DNA of 32,539 nucleotides from sequence record SRR2962707_2219; one strand, 5' to 3'. Shown piece by piece: positions 26,521 to 32,539 of this stretch (position 1 is its first letter; each line of letters starts with the position of its first letter). The notes under the pieces were generated by a model. It saw only the letters and a program-made list of their open reading frames with translations, ran no database searches and was not told where the DNA came from. The position numbers and the translations under genes were made by a program.

Positions 26521-27121
26521 TCTCACTCTGCTCACTGCCACGACCTCGCCCTTGTGACGTTGGAACGAGGATTGTGGGAGCGCACCGCCCGACTATCCAC
26601 TCCCAGGGAGAGTGCCTCAATGGTGGGGCCGCGCCAACAGCGCTGGCGAGCGATGCGGAATGGAGAACCCCTTGCGGGTTGCCGTTTTGGACCAAGCGCG
26701 TAGCTTCGCGCAGCAGACCATGCGCAAATCCATCATTTGGACTGCGGAGAAACTGAGCAGCACCGGTGCTAAGCACGATCGCGAACCGATGAAGAGGCTG
26801 CTTGGAAAGGCGGGACGAAAAGGCAATGCAACCCGTTACGAGAAATCCCGCCCAGGTCCGTCCGTGAAGAAGTGAGCCACGCCGACAACATGCCATAGCA
26901 AACCGGCTGACTGGATCGCCGGCGCCTTGGCGGCGGTTTTTCTTTATGCGGGGGGCGGGGAGCGCGAGGGGAGGGGCTTCGGGGCTCCCCTCGATCCAGC
27001 GCGCGGCCGCTCGATGCGGCCAAGGGCTGGCAGGGGCTTGCTGGCTCGGACTTTTCAAAACCCGTGGGAAGGCTTATATTGTCCGGAGTGGCCGGGAAGG
27101 CTTTCGCCTCCCCGACCTCTC

Positions 27122-27211
27122 TTAGATGATGATTAGGACCCGGATCGTGAGTTCGCAGCTCGTCCGGGTCTTCTTCATTCTAAGAGTGACGCGCAGCGGT
27201 AGAAACCACAT
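27122..27211 (-). CDS. Unannotated 29-aa basic peptide MWFLPLRVTLRMKKTRTSCELTIRVLIII
   Basis: Near-perfect SD GGAGGTG 6 nt upstream of the ATG; GAAA-tetraloop hairpin immediately after the stop. Confidence 0.5.
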   Translation of the reverse strand: MWFLPLRVTLRMKKTRTSCELTIRVLIII

Positions 27212-27318
27212 TGCTGTCACCTCCGATTTGAGGGCAAGGCCGTTGCCTCGGCCGGGGCGGCCCATCCTCCCCGGTGCGCGGGCTGCGTCCGCGCAATGCT
27301 GCTTCGCCCTCAAACTGG

Positions 27319-27552
27319 TTAGCTCGATTTATAGAGCGCCATGCGTCTGCGATTGGTTAAAGCACTCTTAGCGGCCTCAAAGGTGAACCCGTCCCAATCG
27401 CGCCAGCGTTCCCATCCGTTCGGGGTCGGGCGTCCGTACCAGACGCGAACCTTGACCCGGTCTCCTGCCGATTCCTCGACGATCTCGACGGTATGCGATC
27501 CGCCCATGCCCGAGGGGGTGTCGTAGACTTCAACAAATCGGCGCTTCGTCAT
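27319..27552 (-). CDS. Small hypothetical protein (77 aa, beta-rich)
   Basis: SD GGAGGTG before ATG 27552; directly downstream of the methyltransferase. Confidence 0.65.
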   Translation of the reverse strand: MTKRRFVEVYDTPSGMGGSHTVEIVEESAGDRVKVRVWYGRPTPNGWERWRDWDGFTFEAAKSALTNRRRMALYKSS

Positions 27553-27565
27553 GGCCTGCACCTCC

Positions 27566-28393
27566 CTAGATCAATTCAAGCTGTGTGGCCGGGAAGGGCG
27601 ATGCGACCGGCTGCGGCTTAGCGTCCAGGCGGGCGCGTTCTGCGGCGCGGCGCTCGCGTGCGGCGGCAAAATCGAAACAGGCGATCTCGCAAATAGTGGA
27701 CGTGTCTTTCCATTGGTCACGGTGAATCGAAGTATCCACGCCCGCCCCAATATCCATATCAAGGCCGGTCTTGCGCTCGAACTCTATGCCGCGCCCGCTC
27801 GTGCGGCGCTCGAAACACTGGAAGCCGGAATATTTAAAGGTCGCGGACTGCTGCGGGATGATGAACGCGCCATAATCGGCAAGCTCTGCGGCAATGTCGA
27901 TGATATGAAATTCACACTCCGGCCCGCGATATCGAGGGCCGTTGGCCGTGCGCCGGACCCTGCCAAAAGGGGGATTGCCTATCGCGCAATCGAACTGACC
28001 TAGTTCAAGTTCGCGCCAGTCGAACACATCGGCATTGATCCAACGGGCCTCGGGCAAGAGCTTGCGCCCGACTTCCACGTAACGCGGGTTGAACTCAACG
28101 CAGGTGATTTCCGCCGGTCGGGTTCCCCATTGGCTACGGCGATGCAGGAAATAGCTCAAGATTCCGATCCCTGCGCAAAGGTCGATGATGCGGCCAGAAC
28201 CGCCATCGAGGGCGAAATCTGCGGCCAGGTCCCAAGGGGTGAAAAACGCGCCCGCTACGCCGTTGATGTGATTCGCGCCTTCGTGCCAATTCTGGAAAAC
28301 GAATTCGCGCTCGTCCTCTGTGAGCCGGTCTTTGGTCAAGATCGCCTCGGCCGCGGCATGGGCCTTGCGCTGTGCTCTGGTCAGTTTTGCCAT
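27566..28393 (-). CDS. Orphan SAM-dependent amino-methyltransferase (probable N6-adenine DNA MTase)
   Basis: GAFFTP, motif I IIDLCAGIG, motif IV IGNPPFG; SD AAAGGAGAG before ATG 28393. Confidence 0.85.
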   Translation of the reverse strand: MAKLTRAQRKAHAAAEAILTKDRLTEDEREFVFQNWHEGANHINGVAGAFFTPWDLAADFALDGGSGRIIDLCAGIGILSYFLHRRSQWGTRPAEITCVEFNPRYVEVGRKLLPEARWINADVFDWRELELGQFDCAIGNPPFGRVRRTANGPRYRGPECEFHIIDIAAELADYGAFIIPQQSATFKYSGFQCFERRTSGRGIEFERKTGLDMDIGAGVDTSIHRDQWKDTSTICEIACFDFAAARERRAAERARLDAKPQPVASPFPATQLELI

Positions 28394-28412
28394 GGGTGAA
28401 CTCTCCTTTCCG

Positions 28413-28541
28413 TTCCCGCGAAGCGGCCTTCTGTCCCGAAGGGGCAGGGGCACCGCTCCTGCTCCTGAGACCTCGGCGGAGAGAGCGGGGGAGAGGGGGG
28501 CAAGCGCAAAAAGGGCAGGGGGGACCGCCCACGCGAAGCGC
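28413..28541. repeat. Conserved upstream repeat, copy 1 (129 bp), in front of the methyltransferase
   Basis: Ungapped match to 32411-32539, about 16 mismatches by manual count. Confidence 0.9.
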
Positions 28542-28721
28542 GCCCAAGCGCGGATCCGCGTTAGCAAATCCGCGCTTGGGCGTCCTGCACCGAACAAAAT
28601 GTGAGGGAAGGATGGGGGATGCCGATTTTGCGCTTGCTGGGGAGAGGGGGACAGCGCCCTCTTTCCCCGACCTGGGCCGGAAAGTGGCCGCGCAGCGGCC
28701 TCCGCTGGTTCTAGGGCCTAA

Positions 28722-29195
28722 TCAGTATTCGGAGCGGTTGATATAGACGTGGCGCGTCGTTTCGACGGGCCTTGATCCGCCCCCACCGGGGAGCGTTCCG
28801 CCAGCCAGACACATGATCGCCAGCACGGCAAGCGCGCCGCTGAAATGCCATGCAATGGCGAGCTGCAAGGCGGTCCCGACGATGGCCCAAGGCCATTTTG
28901 TTCCAATGAAGTTGCGAATGAGAATAGCCAGGGCGAGGGTGCCGGATACGGCGACCAGCCCATAGCCATAATTCTCGTTCCGTCCGGACTGCGCGGCGGC
29001 GCTCTGCCACCACCAGCCGCCCCACCAAAAGACCGATGCAATCGCCATGATGGCGACGACACCAAAGGAAAAGAAGGGCTTGCCCGCCTTGCCCGACAGC
29101 CACTCATCGAGCATGGCCAGGACAAAGAAGCCGACCACAAGCACGACTAGCCCGGTGGCGATCGTCACCATAATGTTTCCGAGCGAGTCGAGCAT
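28722..29195 (-). CDS. Hypothetical integral membrane protein (about 4 TM)
   Basis: SD AAAGGAGAAGG; several hydrophobic helices; directly downstream of vapC. Confidence 0.7.
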   Translation of the reverse strand: MLDSLGNIMVTIATGLVVLVVGFFVLAMLDEWLSGKAGKPFFSFGVVAIMAIASVFWWGGWWWQSAAAQSGRNENYGYGLVAVSGTLALAILIRNFIGTKWPWAIVGTALQLAIAWHFSGALAVLAIMCLAGGTLPGGGGSRPVETTRHVYINRSEY

Positions 29196-29213
29196 TTCCT
29201 TCTCCTTTGGCTA

Positions 29214-29648
29214 TCACCAGCCTAGATCGGTATGGGTGAAGTCGTCACCCTTAAATGCGATCTTCGTCCTATAGGCCCTCGCGCAAGCATAGGCGAAACA
29301 GTCGCCCATGTTGAGCTTTGCCGGGGCATTGACGATCTTGCCATAGGTCTGGGCGGCATCGAGTGCCTTGTTCCCTACGTCCCCCGATATCATCGCGTCC
29401 TTGGCTTCCATGTCGATCACGAACTGATCGACCATTGCCCGCGCCCGCTGGACGATTTCTGGCGTTGCAGGCTGTTCCCGGCCTTTGGCGTCGGTAAGGC
29501 GACGCGATAGGGAAAGCGTCGCTTCCATCCGAGCGATGGGGGAGACGAGGAACGGGCCTTCGGCGCGTTCCAGTCTGCCCATCACCTCGGCCGCGTCATC
29601 CTCACCGGCAAGAATGGCGACAATGACCGAGGCATCGATAAACAGCAT
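29214..29648 (-). CDS. vapC: VapC PIN-domain toxin
   Basis: FIDASVIVAIL, LNMGDCFAYA, FKGDDF; TGATG coupling to vapB. Confidence 0.92.
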   Translation of the reverse strand: MLFIDASVIVAILAGEDDAAEVMGRLERAEGPFLVSPIARMEATLSLSRRLTDAKGREQPATPEIVQRARAMVDQFVIDMEAKDAMISGDVGNKALDAAQTYGKIVNAPAKLNMGDCFAYACARAYRTKIAFKGDDFTHTDLGW

Positions 29649-29890
29649 CAATCTGGCTCACCCCACATTTCATCTGTTTCGCGCTTATGATCGCCGGGGG
29701 CGAACGGCCCGGCCTGCTGGGCCATGGCAAGCGATTTGGCCAGACGCTCACGGATTGGCAGGCGGCGCTTGCGCTCCGCGATCTCATGTTTGAGCGCCGT
29801 TTTGACAGCCTCGACCTTGGAGGATTTAGTGAGGCTGATAAGCTCGTTGGTGAGTTCGTCGACCTCGGGGTCTTTGATGTAGAGCGGCAT
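29648..29890 (-). CDS. vapB: VapB antitoxin (Rv0623-like)
   Basis: MPLYIKDPEVDEL...SKVEAVKTAL...DEMW; directly upstream of vapC. Confidence 0.88.
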   Translation of the reverse strand: MPLYIKDPEVDELTNELISLTKSSKVEAVKTALKHEIAERKRRLPIRERLAKSLAMAQQAGPFAPGDHKRETDEMWGEPD

Positions 29891-29896
29891 GGCTTT

Positions 29897-29944
29897 ATAT
29901 CCTTTTAGGGATATTAATATATGCTCGATTTCATATCCTTGCAA
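29897..29944 (-). promoter_or_regulatory. vapBC promoter and operator
   Basis: -35 TTGCAA, 17 bp, -10 TATATT; inverted repeat ATATCC-N6-GGATAT at 29897-29914. Confidence 0.6.
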
Positions 29945-30020
29945 CCGAAAGCCGCCCCGCCAGCAAAAGCCGACGAGGCGGGAGGGGAGGGGAATTTGAG
30001 GGGAGGGGCGTGGGCTCCCC

Positions 30021-30417
30021 TCAAACTGCTTGACTGGCCTCGAATGCGATCTGTGGATAGTCGGCAGGTAGGTCGAACGCCTTGAGGGCCATATCCAGAG
30101 CGGCTTGTACGTCGCTCCAATCGACCTGCTCGGGGTTCTCGGCATATGCGGTGATGAGCAACCGGCAAGCCTCGGCTGACAGGTCGGAGCGGAGTTCCTG
30201 ATTCAGCCGCGCAGCGGGCGCGAACAGGGACTTAGGCCAATCGGCCAAAGAATAGGCTTCCAGCCATTCCGGGCCATGGGTGTTGCGCAGCCGTTGCAGG
30301 GTGCCTTGGGTGCGTGCGTTCATCCAGTCGGCCCAAAACTGATCTTTCCAATTCTGGCCATGTTTGAGGGCGTAGGCGCAACTGCGGCATGTTCATCATG
30401 GGTAAGGGGCTTGTCAT
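30021..30417 (-). pseudogene. Small hypothetical gene apparently broken by two 1-bp deletions near its 5' end
   Basis: SD GAGGA plus ATG 30417; joining three frames gives MTKPLTHDEHAAVAAYALKHGQNWKDQFWADWMNARTQGTLQRLRNTHGPEWL..., continuing into ORF 30021..30323. Confidence 0.5.
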
Positions 30418-30494
30418 GGTGTCTGTGTCCTCGATGAAAGGGGGAAGCCGGTCGCGCCGGGGAGAGAATGGCGCAACCGGCGACGGCAGCGGAA

Positions 30495-32387
30495 TTATTC
30501 AGCCGCCTGGAGGAACTCATGAACCTCGGCGGTATCGGCCTCGTCCTGCGGGATGCGGATCGGCTCGGGAAGCCATCCGCTCCCCTTAACCGCCTTGTGG
30601 GCATATTCGACCGCCTCGGCCTTCTTCATGGCGGCGACGCCATCTGCGAAGTCAGCGCCGCGCACCTCGGCAACAGCCGCTTGGATGGACGTGCGGTTCA
30701 GGTGCGAGAAATAGTTATCGCCGGTCGTCTCGTACCAGTTGCCCATATCCACGTTGAGCGCCTTGCCGACTTCGCCCGCATGGGTAACGCCCTTCTGCCG
30801 CGCGTTGAATTTCGGCTCCATCGCATTGAGGCTATGAGCAGCAGCGTATGCCAGCAGCGAAAGCAGTTCGTCGCGGGTCTTGTCGAGGCACCATTCCCAA
30901 AGATCAGCCGGGTTGCCGGGAATGTGGTGGCCCCAATTTTCCTGCATGTCGGCAAAGGCGAGGGCAGGTTTGCAATCCTCGGGCTTTTTCATCGGCCCCT
31001 CGTGCCGCTCATAGGTGAGCTTGATCTGTAGCCCGGAAAGCTCGCCCGCGTAGCTATAGGCGCAGTCCAGCAGCAGGGCATGAACCACGGCGGCAAGCGC
31101 AATATCGGGATTGTTGGCCAGTTCCACCCGCAAGGCGGCTGTTTTTTGGGCTGTCAGGTCCTCGACCAGTGTTGCCGAATGCTTCAAGACAACCGGGGCG
31201 GGGCCTTTTTCCTCGCTGTTGTCCTCGCCTTGGGCGTCCTCTGTTTGCTCCGGCTCGGCCTCGTCGGCATCGCGCACCATACCGCGCGCAACCTCAAGCT
31301 TGCCGTACCAGTCGAGATAGACGTAGGCCCCGGCCTTGGCGATGTCCTCGGCTGTGAACGCTTCCTGCGCATTCTGTAGGGTGTCCATTTCGGCTTCGAT
31401 TTTTTCGAGCTTGGATTCCGCATCCTCGTCGGCGGCTCCTGCTTCGATCAGTTCGGCAAGACTGTCATAGTCCTCGGAAAGCTGGTCAAGGCGGGCCTGA
31501 TCGGCTTCGCTCAACTCCTGCCGTTCGGGATAGACGCGGCCAAGGCGGAAAATATCGTCGGGGCGCTCGGTGTGAACTTCAACCCATTTCCAGCCTTCGG
31601 CGCGGATCGGCGCGGCCAGTTCTTCCAGCTTTGTCATGACCAATCGGTCCAAAAGACCGGAATCGGTGGCATAGCCGCCCTTATCGCCATCAAAGAGATC
31701 ACGGCGCACGGTGCCGCCGCCCGCTTCGTAAGCATCCAGTCCGCCGATGAAATCGACGCGCTTATCGCTGGCGGGCACTTCCTCGCGCGTCAGCATATTT
31801 TTGATGTAGTGGGGTTGGCGATTGTAGGAGGGCAGGTTCTCCCAAACCTCAACCTGCCGTGCATGATCGTCGGAAATGGTGAAGGCGGCAAGCTGCTCGA
31901 AACTCATTTCATCGTGGCGATAGAGCGCAAAGAGGGATGGGGCCACGCGGGCGAGGGCCAAGCGGCGGTTGACGATCAATTCGGTGGTTCCGAACCGGTC
32001 CGCGATCTGCTTGGGGGTTTTTCCGGCCTCGGCCAAGGCAAGAAACGCCTCGAACTCGTCGGCGCGGTGCATGGCCTCGCGCATGACGTTTTCGGTGAGG
32101 CTGATTTCGGTAGCTGCCTCTGCCTCGCGCTGCTTGCATTCGATCAGAAGGCCTTTCTCGAGCTGGCCCTTTTCGGCCAGATGTTGGAAGGCTGCGAGAC
32201 GCCGCCCGCCAGCCGTTACAAAGAAGCGACCCTTTTTGTCGCCGGGGCGCACCACCAGATTTTGCAAAAGGCCGTTGGCCAGAATGGAGGCGGCAAGCTC
32301 TGCCACACTTTCGGCACGATAGGTCTTGCGCACGTTCTTGGGGTCGGCATCGAGCTTGTTGAGGGGGATCATCTTGGTCTCGGTCAT
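30495..32387 (-). CDS. Large ParB/Spo0J-like protein of plasmid leading regions
   Basis: NVRK, LAASILANGLLQNLVV, AGGRRLAA, SLTENVMREAMH, HTH; long acidic C-terminus ending GWLPEPIR; SD AGGAGAG. Confidence 0.88.
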   Translation of the reverse strand: MTETKMIPLNKLDADPKNVRKTYRAESVAELAASILANGLLQNLVVRPGDKKGRFFVTAGGRRLAAFQHLAEKGQLEKGLLIECKQREAEAATEISLTENVMREAMHRADEFEAFLALAEAGKTPKQIADRFGTTELIVNRRLALARVAPSLFALYRHDEMSFEQLAAFTISDDHARQVEVWENLPSYNRQPHYIKNMLTREEVPASDKRVDFIGGLDAYEAGGGTVRRDLFDGDKGGYATDSGLLDRLVMTKLEELAAPIRAEGWKWVEVHTERPDDIFRLGRVYPERQELSEADQARLDQLSEDYDSLAELIEAGAADEDAESKLEKIEAEMDTLQNAQEAFTAEDIAKAGAYVYLDWYGKLEVARGMVRDADEAEPEQTEDAQGEDNSEEKGPAPVVLKHSATLVEDLTAQKTAALRVELANNPDIALAAVVHALLLDCAYSYAGELSGLQIKLTYERHEGPMKKPEDCKPALAFADMQENWGHHIPGNPADLWEWCLDKTRDELLSLLAYAAAHSLNAMEPKFNARQKGVTHAGEVGKALNVDMGNWYETTGDNYFSHLNRTSIQAAVAEVRGADFADGVAAMKKAEAVEYAHKAVKGSGWLPEPIRIPQDEADTAEVHEFLQAAE

Positions 32388-32410
32388 GGGTTCTCTCCTG
32401 TTTTTCCCGT

Positions 32411-32539
32411 TTCCCGCGAAGCGGCTTTCCTGCCCGAAGGGGCAGGAGCCCCGCTCCTGCTCCCGAGGCGTCGCCGGCGAGACCGGGGGAGAGGGGGGCA
32501 AGCGAAAACAGGGCAGGGGGGACCACCCACGCGCAGCGC
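32411..32539. repeat. Conserved upstream repeat, copy 2, in front of the ParB-like gene (cut by the window end)
   Basis: Ungapped match to 28413-28541. Confidence 0.9.

Noticed and set aside
26471-27058. 195-aa ORF upstream of repA
   Set aside because: No recognisable motif or SD; it spans parS and hairpin-rich DNA.
28394-28597. N-terminal extensions of the MTase (from 28597) and ParB-like protein (from 32501)
   Set aside because: They are translations of the non-coding upstream repeat; SD-supported starts are 28393 and 32387.
1-32539. CRISPR array, rRNA/tRNA, intact IS or integron
   Set aside because: No regularly spaced repeats, structural RNA genes, transposase or tyrosine integrase were recognised.

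Overview
Backbone of an alphaproteobacterial (Rhizobiales/Hyphomicrobiales-type) repABC plasmid with a Ti-type DNA-transfer module. Left to right: decayed lspA and ccdA fragments; a two-gene metal operon (Tat-exported two-domain multicopper oxidase plus ZIP transporter) behind Mur/Fur-like boxes; a truncated nuclease gene; traH-traB-traF-traA divergent from traC-traD-traG around a MOBQ-type oriT; a paiB/argO/argP cassette; then a mostly minus-strand 'leading region' (DUF736, a small gene plus Fic-BID fusion, ardC, an orphan methyltransferase, vapBC, a large ParB-like protein). This region is interrupted by an RHE_PE00001-like gene, a serine resolvase and repABC with ctRNA, oriV and two parS palindromes. 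No trb/virB mating-pair genes, CRISPR, rRNA or tRNA are visible. The best candidates for undescribed biology are: (1) a VbhT-like Fic toxin fused to a relaxase-like BID secretion signal, whose catalytic motif and putative antitoxin have reciprocally lost the canonical Arg/Glu pair; (2) the Mur-boxed 2dMCO-ZIP operon; (3) an unannotated 29-aa beta-hairpin-like peptide gene with a convergent promoter (type I TA-like layout); (4) structured or repeated leaders in front of leading-region genes. All family calls come from motif recognition by eye; no searches were run.
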